In this document: in pieces, positions 33,635 through 45,500 of the stretch | How positions within the stretch are numbered: the first letter of the stretch is position 1 | Layout of the letters: the number at the start of each line of letters is the position of its first letter | Assembly (NCBI GenBank): GCA_036867785.1 | Contig: CP145419.1 | Span: 310,001 to 374,000, forward strand | Direction of reading: 5' to 3' | Source: Plasmodiophora brassicae | Lineage: Eukaryota | Length of the DNA: 64,000 nucleotides | The notes under the pieces: model-generated | Database searches by the model: none | Told to the model about the DNA's origin: nothing | The model's input: the letters and a program-made list of their open reading frames with translations, nothing else | Program-made: the position numbers and the translations under genes

Positions 33635-34471
33635 ATGGATTTCGCGAACGCCGGTGGCAGGTGCGGCCGGTGCGCGCGGCAAGGTGCAGTTGGGCGCCGG
33701 ATCCGACCGCACGTGGGGTTCTCGGTTGACGTGGCCCGCGTTCCAGATTTCCTGCCGGTCCCGTGTGCAGTGTGCGACGGCGTGTTCTGCGCGGAGCACA
33801 GCGCGTCGCATGGCTGTGTGCTGCCGCAACGGCCAGTTACGTCGGTCGCCTCGGCGACGTGTCCGTCGCCACAATGTGTCGTATGCAAGTCGAGTCCGAA
33901 CGTGGTGGTTACGTGCCCGATGTGCTCGTCGTCGTTGTGTGTGGCGCATCGGAACGCGGATGACCACCCGTGCAAGGTTAGTGTGCAACCGGTGCGGGTA
34001 GCTGGCCGAGGACGCGCTCTGATCGAGGCTGCGAGAGCCAAGCTGAATGGTGGTCGAACGCCGGAACATGCCGCCGCACCGGTTCAAAACCAGCCACGAC
34101 GCGCTCCGTCTGCAAAGAAACAGGCGATGCTGAATAAGATGAAGGTGAAGCTAAAGGCGCGAGGCAACGATAGCGTCCCCGCTGAACATCGTTTATACGT
34201 GTACGCGGATCTGGCAGCTGTCGGCGCATCTACGATCCCCGTCTGGATCGATCGTCGAAAGACGATCGGCCATGCGCTCGACGTGATCTGCGACCTGGGC
34301 CGCGTCCGAAACGAGAACCACATCGCCGGTGCCCGGCAGCTCAGGTTGACCGTGGCGCGCGATCTCCCGGTTGAGCCTCTGCCCACGGACATCCCCATCA
34401 ACGACATGACCGATGAAGGACTGGTAGATGGCGACACGCTAACTGTGGTCGTCGTCAACCTACCTGCATAA
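33635..34471 (+). CDS. AN1-type zinc-finger protein with C-terminal ubiquitin-like domain (ZFAND1/Cuz1-like)
   Basis: C..C.Q/DFLP..C..C..VFC.EH...H.C, a second AN1 finger (CPMC..LCVAHR...HPC), the KLKARG..SVP.EHR motif and a UBL-like tail. Confidence 0.85.
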   Translation: MDFANAGGRCGRCARQGAVGRRIRPHVGFSVDVARVPDFLPVPCAVCDGVFCAEHSASHGCVLPQRPVTSVASATCPSPQCVVCKSSPNVVVTCPMCSSSLCVAHRNADDHPCKVSVQPVRVAGRGRALIEAARAKLNGGRTPEHAAAPVQNQPRRAPSAKKQAMLNKMKVKLKARGNDSVPAEHRLYVYADLAAVGASTIPVWIDRRKTIGHALDVICDLGRVRNENHIAGARQLRLTVARDLPVEPLPTDIPINDMTDEGLVDGDTLTVVVVNLPA

Positions 34472-34490
34472 CTACAACTTCGAAAAATTT

Positions 34491-36322
34491 TCGGTGTCCG
34501 TGGCTGGGGACTCGATAATCAAAAGGACCAACGGGACACGGCGTGCCAGGGCTGGATAAACAAGAATCGCGGTCCTGTGGGATATAATGCGGGCAGAACC
34601 TTAACGTTTTTACTACACAGTGTTAGCCGCGAAGCTGGTAGCCTAAGCATATCAGAATTATCAAGCACCGCCATACCCCTCTGGATCATCGAAATCACTG
34701 AACTGCGGCCGTAACATTGCAGGAGGCGGTATCCCCAAGGCTTCAAGCTGACGCAATCGACCAACGTTCATGCATAAGAAGGCGTAATGTTTCTCCTCGT
34801 ACGCCGACATTAATTAGCTGCTCTTTGACAAATTCGGAGCACGAAGACATACTCATTCCGGATGCCCTTGCGGTTCGAAGCCAGCGGACAAGTGCACGGC
34901 CAAGGCATCCCCTACGCGTGAACAAGGGCAGCATGCGCTGAATCTGCATCGGCAGCGTTACACCAACGTCATTGCGGACGGCTGGGAAAGAGTACTTCGG
35001 GAGCTGCTTCCTCACCGTCGCGTCATCCAAATTACGTCCTTGAGCAAGAAGTTCGTGTTTCATACTAACTTTCCCGACGACTTCGGCAGCCATTACGGAC
35101 GTAGCGCTGTATTGTTCACAGTTAGAGTAGTGGTGCGCGGACAACGCATTCGCCAATACCTTGTACATTAGCAGGTACCAACCGAATCCATTCTCTGCGG
35201 TCGCGCAATACACTCGTCTTGCGATCGGGTTAGAATTCCACCCGTTGAGTTTAACGGCCTCGTTCTGATGACAGAACGGGCAGTCGGGGACAAACCCTGG
35301 AAGCAGCATTTCCGGAAGAAACAATCTTACTTCCGGCACATCTGGTCATCAAGTCAGCTTACTGGTACGAGCGTTTCACCAGCCTTACAAAATGGATCTG
35401 GCGGGGGAAGGCCGTTCTTACGCAGGCAGACACGGCAATCGGGTCGGGCGGAGACCTTCTGATATGACCATCACGAATGCGCTGGTACTCCTCTCGGCAG
35501 CGGTCGATTGTCGATTGCGCAACTGTATTGCCCTGCGAGTCTTTAATCTCGGTCTGACCGCTACACGCCCTAGCTCCGACATTGACCATCTCGGCAGCGT
35601 CATCGTAGTCATCAAATTCGCCATCGTTGTCGTCGTCGGACTCATCGTCTGTTGAATCATCACATGCGGTGTCAGCATCGGTGTCGATATCGGAAAAGTC
35701 GGCCTCATTCGTCATATCGACTGCACCGTCGATGGCTTGCCGCAGCTGTTCGTTGGCATTCTGTACGTGACCATGGGTAAACATGAATAAACACCAGCGT
35801 CGCCAGTCTACGCCGCTTACAGATGGAGACACAGTGCATACACTCTGCTAGCAGGTATGGTCAGGCAGCGCAAGTGAGCCCATAACCGCGTTGTTGATAT
35901 CTGCACGAAAAGGGCTAGTGGTATCAGAACTCTGTGGGTCAGACGCAGCGCGTCCGGAAATTCACTCGTATTCCTGTGGCTGGGAAAATCTCATGCTTTG
36001 CAGTCGCTGAGCCCGTTGCGCAGCGTCCTTGGCATCACGAGCTGCCTTGGTCGGGGCACCGCTGCCTTTGCGGGAACCTCCTGCATTCCCCCCTCGTCGG
36101 TGCCGTGTCATCCTGCCGGTTTGCAAATTTCAAAGCGAGCGCGATCCACTTCACGCACTACAAAAATTGCGTGGCGGGTTCCCAGTCAGCGGTCGGCTGC
36201 TCACGACTGGGCCTCTATTAGAGGCCAGTCAGACCCCTGCAGTGGGCGAATAAGAACTGCGTCAGTGTCTCTGACTGTGTCTGACTGGGCTCTGACTGGT
36301 CACTAACAGCCACGGACACCGA
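34491..36322 (-). mobile_element. Putative degenerate DNA transposon (Zisupton/KDZ-like fragment) bounded by 16-bp inverted repeats
   Basis: TCGGTGTCCGTGGCTG at 34491-34506 and its exact reverse complement at 36307-36322. Lower GC than the flanks. Minus-strand fragment LFLPE..CPFC..LNGW..ARRVY..WYLL. No TSD found. Confidence 0.5.
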
Positions 36323-36545
36323 CAATCTCGCATGTCCGTGGCCGAGTGTTCGTCGGTCACCAAATCGGCGTTGCTAAATTTGGCGACTTGCAGTGGAGTG
36401 CACTGTCGCGCGGGTCCGCGCAGTCGCGCACTGCACACACGATATAACGGGTCGCCGTCGTGCAACAACGCTTCGGTTCACGCGTGACGAGTAGCGGGAG
36501 GCGCCGACAACAGCAGGTGCGGAGCGGCAGGAGGTGACGACGAAC

Positions 36546-36947
36546 ATGAAGGCGTCTGTCATGGTGGTGATGCTCACGACGTACTGCGTGATGGCGATGA
36601 TGGGGTCCGGCGCGAGTGCGCGGCGGTCACTGCAACAGCGGATGCCGACGCAACCGACCATGCTGGAGAAGTACTTGCAGGCTACTGGCAATCGTATCGC
36701 ACACAAGATTCGCCGCGATGGGGCGCACCTGGTGATGCCCATTGTCAAGGGTATGGGTGTGAACGGGGGCTTGCAATTGGTGGACAGCTACCTGCAGGAT
36801 GACAAGAAGAAGAACTCCAACCGGATTCGCCGCAAACTGGCCGAGTTGGCCCTCACTACCGCCGCCTTTGTACACATGCCCGTTGAGACAATGCTTGCCC
36901 GCTCGTGGGTTTACTGGCCCTACATCCACCGGTTGATCAAAGGCTGA
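36546..36947 (+). CDS. Small secreted protein, effector candidate
   Basis: Signal peptide MKASVMVVMLTTYCVMAMMGSGASA followed by a basic mature region. Intronless. Confidence 0.65.
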   Translation: MKASVMVVMLTTYCVMAMMGSGASARRSLQQRMPTQPTMLEKYLQATGNRIAHKIRRDGAHLVMPIVKGMGVNGGLQLVDSYLQDDKKKNSNRIRRKLAELALTTAAFVHMPVETMLARSWVYWPYIHRLIKG

Positions 36948-37070
36948 AATGTACCGGTGATACACGAAGATCTGGTTCCAACGGCGTGTGGAGTGGTGTG
37001 CATGCATTTGTCAGTCGTGACTGTGACAGGCGCGCGTATCGTCACACTGGACATTGGCCAGGGCAGACGG

Positions 37071-39768
37071 ATGTCGTCGGTCGGCAAGAGCGTCATCCTC
37101 GAGGAGGACATCGACCCGAACTATGTGCCGACGCGCGAGGAGATCGTCGACTACGCCCAGTTCCTCGGCATGGAATTGCCACGTAAGTGACCGGACCGCT
37201 CTGAGCCCACACGTGACGAGATGCTAGGCGATGAACCGCTGCTGTGGATCGCCACGGAAGGCCTGAAGGCGCCCTTGCCGTCCATGTGGAAGACGTGCCG
37301 AAGCGCCGACGGGGAACAGTACTATTTCAATTTCAGCACCGGTGAATCGACCTGGGAGCACCCGTGCGATCAGGTCGGTGTGACGAACGTGCACCGGTGC
37401 CTGTGGATGTCCTCTGAGCGGGGCGGGGCACAGTTCTACCGTAACCTGTACGAGAAAGAGAAACAGCGCCTGCAGGGCGCCAGCGACGATGGAGCGTCGC
37501 GCCTGACCCGCAGCAAGCCCCTGCTCCCCATCAAAGTGCCATCCATCGACAAGAAGCAACCGCACCCTGGGAAACTTGCCACTCTCAAGACCGAACCGCC
37601 GAAAGAATCACCAGTACAGCCACCACCACAGGAACCTAAACCCACCGACATTGATCGCCAGGTCCAGGACAACGCCAAGAGGCCAATGTTTGTCGCCTGA
37701 CGATGCGTTGGTAGTTGAGGGAGAAGTCGGCGCAGTGGATGCAGACGGAGAAGGCGCGCTTGGAAGGCGAACGCGCCGACTGGCTCGAACGTCGCCGCCA
37801 GGAGGCGGAGCACTGGCAGGCCGCCAAAGCCGCCGAGATCGAGGCCGACAAACAGCGTAAGGTCCAGGCGCTCCTCAACGACGAAGTCGCGGCGATCGAA
37901 CGGGTACGTACGCAACGTAACGTCGACATCGGTCGTGAACGAGCGAATAACAGGAGGCGGATGCGTCCGCGAAACGATTGGAGCAGCATCGCGTGAAAAT
38001 GGCCGAGCAGGCCAAGGCGCTGGAGGCGGAGATGGAGGAGCAGAGACGTAAAGCGGCTGCGGCGTTACGCGACGAGGTCGCCAAGCGGGAGGCGACGACG
38101 CGGGAGCGGTTGGCCGATCTCGACGCGGCGCACCAGGCGAACATCGAACGCCTGCGCCGGCAATGGCGCCAGGAGCTGGACGCGCTGGAGCAGGAGCACG
38201 TCGACCAGGTCCGCATCCGGAACGAGGCGCACGCGGCGCGCGTCGCCGAACTCGACCTGCAGGCTGACCAGCTCGAGCGGGACGCCGAGGCGGACCGCGC
38301 CCGACGCCAGGCCGACTGGAACGACCGCGTCCTGGCCGTCGAACGCGACGGCCAGGAGCGCGTCCGCCGCGAGGACGCCAAGTGGGCGCAAAAGCGCGAA
38401 CGGGAACAGGCCGCTGCCGACGGCGAGCTGCAGACCCGGGTCGACGAACTGCAGACCCGCGTCGGCGAACTGCAACGGGAACTGACGGAGGCGCGCGCGC
38501 AGCAGCAGGCGACGCTGGAGCAGATGCGGCGCCTGCGCGCCGAACACGACGACCTGGCCGCCAGGCACGCCGCCGTGCAGGACGCGAACACGCGCTTGAA
38601 GGAACGGGTAGGTGTGATCGGGCCAGCCCCGCCAGTGGCCGACTGGTGCCGTTGAACAACGGGTCGACAGGTCGGGGCACACGGCAACGACCACGCCGTC
38701 GTGGCGGACCTGAACCGGCAGCTGACGGAGCTGGAGGCGCTGTACGAGGGCACGTGCACGCAGCTGGAGAAGGCGGTCGCGGAGCGGGATGCCGCCGTGA
38801 AGGCGTTGGCCGACCACGACGCCCGCCCGCAGATCGCGTCAGCACCTGCTGATGACACGTCATCCGAGGACGACGAGTTTGACGACGTAACTGGCCGGCA
38901 GGACCCGATGACGTTTTCGCGACTGATGAACATGATGGGTTGGTTCAGGCGCTGAGCAGCGACGTCAGCGAAGTCAGCGACTCGGGCGTGGACACGTGGT
39001 CCCGTCACCTCGGCAAGGAGTCGCAGCACCTGCAGTCGGCGATCGCGTACCTGGCCAGGCAGCGCGCCTACATCTGCAAGGCGAGGACCGCCCTGGTGCG
39101 CGACCAGGAACGCTGGAAGCGCGATCGGCGTGCGGCACCCACTGGCGTCGCCGATCACGACCTGGGTAACGTTCCCGACACGAGCGATGTTAACCGGCGG
39201 TGACGCGGTTGTGGTGCAGAGAGGGACCTGAAGCGCCGGAAACGGTTCCTGGACATGCGCATGAAGCGGCTGAACGCGGAGATTGGACAGTACCGGGCCC
39301 TGAAACGCGGGTTGACGTCCCGCCGCGAGCGCCTGCGCGAGTTGCAGGACAACGCACAGAACGTAAGCGAGAAGCGGGTGCGGCATGACGATACATGTGA
39401 CCTGGGAACAGGTACCGTCGGCGAGGAACGAGGCCGAGCGCCGCGAGGCGTCACCGGAGAACGTGCAGGTGGTGGACACGCCGAAAACGTGGCAGGAGGT
39501 GCCGTTTGTGGCACCGGCCAGGGAGACGACGACAGCGCGGGCAGCGTTCCGGGACGTGGAGCCGGCGGAAGGGGGCACTCGGGCCGCCCTGCACAACCAC
39601 TACGGGTGGCTGAAATCGTTCCGCAACGAGATCCATCGAGCGGCGGCGGCCAGCATTGCGGAAGGGATGCCGAGCCCGCGATACGTCAGCAGCGCCGCCA
39701 GGATGCTAACGCCGGCGGCGACAGCCAACGGCAATGACATCACGATCCGGATCAAGGTAGAGCAATAA
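37071..39768 (+). CDS. CEP164: CEP164-like WW-domain coiled-coil protein
   Basis: ILEEDIDPNYVPTREEIVDYAQFLGM, LLWIATEGLKAPLP, a WW domain (YYFNFSTGESTWEHPCD) and a long coiled coil. Confidence 0.85.
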
Positions 39769-39816
39769 AGTCGATGAGAGTTGGTGTATTTCGGTTAGCG
39801 ATGCGGCGAGGTCGCT

Positions 39817-42595
39817 TTAGACCTTGTCGTAGTAGTCCTTGATGTCGGGCAGAATTGCCTTCATGCCCTTGCGCTCGCGGATCTCCATGACGATCTTGTT
39901 CGCCATGCTGCCGTCGTCAGTGATGATGCCGGCGACCTCAGCGAAGTGAGAGAAGACCATCTGCGGGAACGCCTGTCCAGCTAACAGACACGGTGGGACG
40001 TTAATTACACGATGTCGACACTGGATCCCGTTTCCGCCTCACCAGTGTTCTTCCGAAGCAGTTCGGTGAAACCGAAACTTTCAGTGACAGGCAACAGGGC
40101 CTGCACCTTGGTCATCGGCGTGCCCGCCTTCTGGACCTCCTTCTCGACAATACCACGACGCTGGGACAGCGTGTTGTAGACGCCCGAGACGGCGGTCTGC
40201 GGGACCGTGATCTCGACGAGGTACAGTGGCTCCATGAGCTTGGGGCCGGACACGATCTGGCAGGCCGAAAATACACGCTTGGCGGCGGGCATCAGCTGAC
40301 CGGCACCACGGTGGATGGCATCGGCGTGCAGGACGACGTCCTCCAGGTTGAAACGGATACCACGCATCGCTTCGTCGGCGAAAACACCACCGGCAGACGC
40401 CTGCTGGAAGGCGCCAACGAGCGAGTCCTTGATTTCAGACAGGAACTGGGCGGCCTTGGTGACATCGGCCAGGATGTTACCCTTGCCGTCCGGCGGGCAG
40501 CCGAACGACCAGACCTTACGCGCTTCGGTGACGTCCCAGCCGTACTTGTCGGCCATGTAACGACCACGAACCTTGGCCTCATCCGTCATCTTGACAACGT
40601 CGTTCTCAATGTCCCGGACAAGATCCTCGTCGATCGGCTCGGCCGAGAAGTAAAGACGGTTGTGCTTGTTGGGCGACTTGGAGACACACTGCATGTCGCT
40701 CTTCCGGGAGACGGTCTCACAGAAATTGACGACCGGGTTACCGATCGTGATCGGCGCACCCTTCATGTACTCGTACTGCAGGTCGTTCAAGCAGATTTCC
40801 AAGTGCAACTCACCGGCGCCGGCAACGATGTGCTCACCCGTCTTGGCATGGTAGACGAGAACCATGGGGTCCGACTTGGCCAGGCGCTTCAGACCTTCGA
40901 CAAGCTTCGGAAGGTCCTGGGCGTTCTTCGGCTCGACAGCGCGACGCACGACAGGGCTGACCGAGAACTTCATCGTGATGAACGGGTGCGCCTCCTCGTA
41001 GGTGGTCAGCGTCCCGCTCTTCAGCAGGAACTGGTCAATGCCCACCAGACCGACGATGTTACCACAGGGGCAGTCGGCGATCTGTTCGATCTTGCCAGCC
41101 ATGAGCAGGACGGTACGCTGGACCTTCTTGATGAACAGGTCCTTCTTCTCGCCAACGACGAAATCGGGGCCGAGGATACGAACCGTGTGACCCGTACGAA
41201 CGACACCAGAGAAGACACGGCCGAAAGCGAAGAATCGGGACGCATCGACGGTCGGCACCATCTTGCTGACGTACATCATCAGCGGGCCATTCGGGTCACA
41301 CTTCTTGATGGCCGTCGCGGCCTCATCGTCCTGAGGACCCGGGTACAGCGTCTCACATCGGTATTTCTACAAGGTCGACAACAGGTAAGAAAACAGAATG
41401 AGGAATCGACACCACGTCAAACCGTACCTGGGCCTTGACGGGGGACGGAAGGTGCTTGACCAGCATGTCCAGAAGACATTCAGCGGCGGGCAGCCACGAC
41501 TGCATGACACGCTTGAGAAGCGGCTTGCCGGTCAGGTCAACAGCGTCCTTCGGGACTGTACAAAGGCAAAAGGTTGGCCACATGATATGGTAGGCGAACA
41601 CGCCATCAACAACAAAACGTACCCTTGATGTTCAGAGCAGTGATGTACTTGTTGAAGACATCCTTCTTGTCCTCCATGATGGCGTTGAACAGCATGTTAA
41701 TGGGGTTCAGAATGAACTTGCAGAAACCACGCTCGTTGGCAACACCGTCTGTCGTGGCCTTCGTTGTCCACTTCTTCGCCTTGGCGCTGTAGTAGTTCTC
41801 ACCCCACAGACGGGTCATCATCTTGTCCTTCGGGACACCCATCTTCTTGCTGTACATCGCCGCGAATCGCTCCAGAGAGAAACCCCAGCCGTGCAGACCG
41901 GAACCGAAGGCGACTGTGCCCTTCTCGGGGTACACCTGCAGATCTCCAATGGCGTCGTCCTTGTACGTCTCAATGACGACGTTGACGGACTCGACCGCGG
42001 CACGGAACGTCTGGTAGGCTTCCTCATCGGGCAGATGCTGCTCCAGGAAGACACGGTCGAGCTTGTTCAAGAACAGGACCGGGACGATACGCTCGTCAAT
42101 GGCCTGACGCAAGACGGTCTCCGTCTGGACGCAGACGCCCTCGATACAGTCGACGACGACGAGAGCACCGTCGGTGACACGCAGCGCGGCCGTGACTTCA
42201 CTGGAGAAGTCGACGTGTCCGGGCGAGTCGATCAAGTTGATCAGGAATGGAATCGGCTTGGTCTTGCCGGCGGCAATCTCCTCCTCTTCCGGCTCACGTT
42301 CGTAGTACAAACTAACGGACGTGGACTTGATCGTGATACCACGGTCTGTCGCGAAACATGATTACTATGCGAGGAGCGCTTTCGTGACGCGGCTGCAAGT
42401 ACCGATTTCATCCTGGCGCGTATCGGTGGTACGCTTGTCACCGGCGTCGGCTTCAGCCATCATACCGGCGGCGGCCAGCAGTGAGTCCGTCAGCGTCGAC
42501 TTGCCGTGGTCGACGTGCGCGATGACACTCATGTTCCTGATGTTGTCCGGGTGGTCCATCATGGCCCGGATCTGGTCGATCGTGAAATTCACCAT
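39817..42595 (-). CDS. EEF2: Translation elongation factor 2
   Basis: [49 protein letters not shown], diphthamide loop [11 protein letters not shown], and C-terminus DYYDKV. Confidence 0.98.
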
Positions 42596-44292
42596 GGCGG
42601 CGGTGGGTTCCTAGCGAGTCCCTCCTGTGCTGTTGTGGTTGGTTCTGACGCGCCTGCTACAACGGCACGCCTGCTTAGCTGAAATCTTGTGAGCTGGTGC
42701 GCCACGGACTCCGCGACGCAGAAAACGGCCGTCATATGACGCCCCGCCCTAATCTGGGCCGAATTACGCCCCCCGCGCTCGGCGCTCCACTGTCGCACTC
42801 CGTGGCTGCACTGCCGTCAGCAGCGCCGTCCGTCCCGTGCTTCCTCGTCCTATTCTTGACTCACAATGCTGTTCGCGAAACGCACGTCCTCGTCATGGAT
42901 CGTCAACAGAAGGTGACCTCCGCTACTGGGTTCGGTCGCGTCTGCAGGAACCGTCCCGGTAACATCTCGAAAGCCCACGACGTCTTATAGCCTATAGGCT
43001 ATAGGCCAACCACCACCCTCTGCAATCGGTTCGGCGTGCCCATCTTCGTCAGAAAGTGCTGCGGCTGGGTCCAGCGCCGCTGCCGCATACTGGCCCGCCC
43101 GGCACATATCGAAGTGCCTGACTCCACTTGACCATGTCCCGTCCGCACGATTTATCACAGATCCACAATTGCCGACAGTCACGTCCGGCATGGCCCCATT
43201 CTGGATCACAGCGAACAGCACATTCACATCGCCCTGCCAATGCGCCGGACGTCACTGTTGTACGTCTTGGACTCTGCGTTACTCCGATAAGTGCAGTTCA
43301 TGCGCTCATGTCGCTGAATGCCTCCTGTGACGCGCTATTCCGCGTCAGAAGCCAGTCGCCCGAATGGGATGCCGCCAAGTCCGCTCAATACCATTCTCTC
43401 GATTGCTCCCAGATTCATGGTCAGTACCGACTCGTCTAGCTTCAAAGCCCCGTGCGCTGGATAATACGCTGACTGCCGTCCTTCAATCAGGTCTCACTCA
43501 GAAGGCGCACTCCGCCCAGCCGCCGCTCAGCCATTTGACCTGGGCGTCATCCTGGAAGCGTTGCAGTCCTGAGTTTCCTGCATTATGGCGTGATCATTCG
43601 CTCCAGCTGAACTGAAGACTGTCGTTTGCATCCACCATGCGATCACTGGAGCGAATGATCGAGGCATAATGCAGCAAACGTACGATTATGCAGGTGAAGG
43701 GTTGCAGCGCTTCCGGCAGCGATATGTGCTGGTAACGTCAAGGAGCCGTACACTCGACACACTTCGCCATGGTCGGTAAACGCGAACCCCTGATAAACGA
43801 CTGCGATCGCACGTCGATGACATGCACGCCGTCTTGGGCACGTTCGTATCGGCAACACCGGCGAACGGCAGAGAGTCGACAAGCTCAACAGTACTTCTCC
43901 ATCTTCGTCCGGCGCGGCAAACGCACCAGATGCCACATTGGCTACCTCTCTGCTGGGCCTGTTGCAGAGCGCCATGACCGCAACTCCAGCGACTACGGTG
44001 TCGTGCCCATCAGGCATACTTGATCGCGTGCCCAGCACCACTACCCTACCCGTTTGGGTACTGCATGATGTCCGCGTGCCCATGTGACCTCGCGACCGTA
44101 CCCCAGGAACACTCGTGTATCGACGTCGCACGCACGCTCTCTGCGTTGTCGTCGCGTTAGTGCACCCTACGTTGCCTGGAGGACAGTCCCGATCATGCCG
44201 TATTCGATAACCGCGTAACGTTACGAGGCGCTGTTGACTTGATTGGGACCCCACGTGCATCGCCTGGCGCCAATGCCATTCCAGTTCGGACG

Positions 44293-44475
44293 AGGCGTTA
44301 CGATCCGATGCACAGACTGTTTACCATGTACGGTCAGCAGATCCAGGGCGGGGTGTGGCGCAACGACTCTCTGTTTCGCAACGTCCGCCAGGGCAATGAT
44401 GCTGCGCCAGTTCGTGCCCGCCTGGGTCTGTTGATCGTACATTGTAAACGGTCTGTGCATTGGATCTTATCGCCT
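44293..44475 (+). ncRNA. Long imperfect hairpin, pre-miRNA/hpRNA-like (candidate)
   Basis: 44302-44347 pairs with 44421-44466 over 46 positions: 40 Watson-Crick, 5 G.U and 1 C/U mismatch. Additional inner and outer helices. Confidence 0.45.
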
Positions 44476-44816
44476 ATGCGAAAGGCGGTTTTCGACGGAG
44501 ATTCGCCCTAATCGAGAGGGATATGGAATTCTTCGCGGTGCCTCCAAGGCACTGGACGCTGAGCAGCGGGGCTGGAAGACACTGAGCTGGTAGCCAACCA
44601 TTAAACCAGCACACACCGAATGTCACCTGCTTCGGCAACGCCAATATATAGAATTAATGTCGGGTTGTTCGTCTAAGGACCCATTCAATGGCGGACAGGC
44701 ACTCGCCCCCTGCGATTCTCCAGGATGCATCGCCCCATGCGAATCTGTACCTTCGCCGGCACACATGATGACAGAATCCATCGAACAACTTCATAGACGC
44801 CCGTACGGTTGTTTAT

Positions 44817-45458
44817 TCATGGCGCGTACTGCCTAGGAGCATACGACTGGACCTCGTAATTGTACAACGGTGGTCGTGGGATCTCTTGATTTGGTTTACG
44901 ACCTGTACGGTGGGCGGGCGTCCTGAGCCGATGCCGGTACCGGATGAACCCACAGTATCCGAGACACAGCAGAAGGATGACGCCGGCAGTTGCCACCATG
45001 ACGATCACGCTGACAGATCCACCACCCGATCCATTCTCGGTGGTCGTCGGTTGCGACACAGCCGCATGGGATGTGACGTTCGCGGTATGGACTGGAGTTG
45101 GTCCAGTTGTCAGAGGCGCTGACGATGGCACTGGCGTCCGCTCAGGCGCGGATGACGGTGCTGGAGTTGGCGCTGGCGGCGGAGGAGCTGTGGAGTTGGC
45201 GGGCGCTGGTGTTGGAGGCGAGATTGCCCGGCTTGGTGGTGCCGGCGACGGAGATGCATGCGAGGTCGAAGGCGGCAGACTTGGATTGCGTTGGGGAGCG
45301 GTGGTCCAGATCCAGGTGACAGTCGGCCTCACTATGAACGTGCCATTGTACGTCGGCACCGGAATGGGTGCGAATGAAGGTTCCGAGAAGAGGTTCCTGT
45401 TGGACGAGCAGGTGGTGGTTGTGAACGCGAATAGGATCAGCAGCACCCTGATCGGCAT
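44817..45458 (-). CDS. Type-I membrane mucin-like protein (Pro/Thr/Ser stalk)
   Basis: Signal peptide MPIRVLLILFAFTTTTCSS, PTPAP-rich stalk, TM segment VIVMVATAGVILLLCLGYCGFI, and a short tail containing PPLY. Confidence 0.8.
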   Translation of the reverse strand: MPIRVLLILFAFTTTTCSSNRNLFSEPSFAPIPVPTYNGTFIVRPTVTWIWTTAPQRNPSLPPSTSHASPSPAPPSRAISPPTPAPANSTAPPPPAPTPAPSSAPERTPVPSSAPLTTGPTPVHTANVTSHAAVSQPTTTENGSGGGSVSVIVMVATAGVILLLCLGYCGFIRYRHRLRTPAHRTGRKPNQEIPRPPLYNYEVQSYAPRQYAP

Positions 45459-45500
45459 GATGCAGGATCGGCCGATGGATTGGACATGTGGATGGGATGA

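Noticed and set aside
37436-39596. Long minus-strand ORFs over CEP164-like
   Set aside because: GC-rich antisense shadows of coiled-coil exons.
40311-42361. Plus-strand ORFs over eEF2
   Set aside because: Antisense to a codon-biased conserved gene.
44106-44118. 13-bp match GGAACACTCGTGT shared with the 3' flank of the TTRKP genes
   Set aside because: Too short and without extended similarity; compatible with chance.
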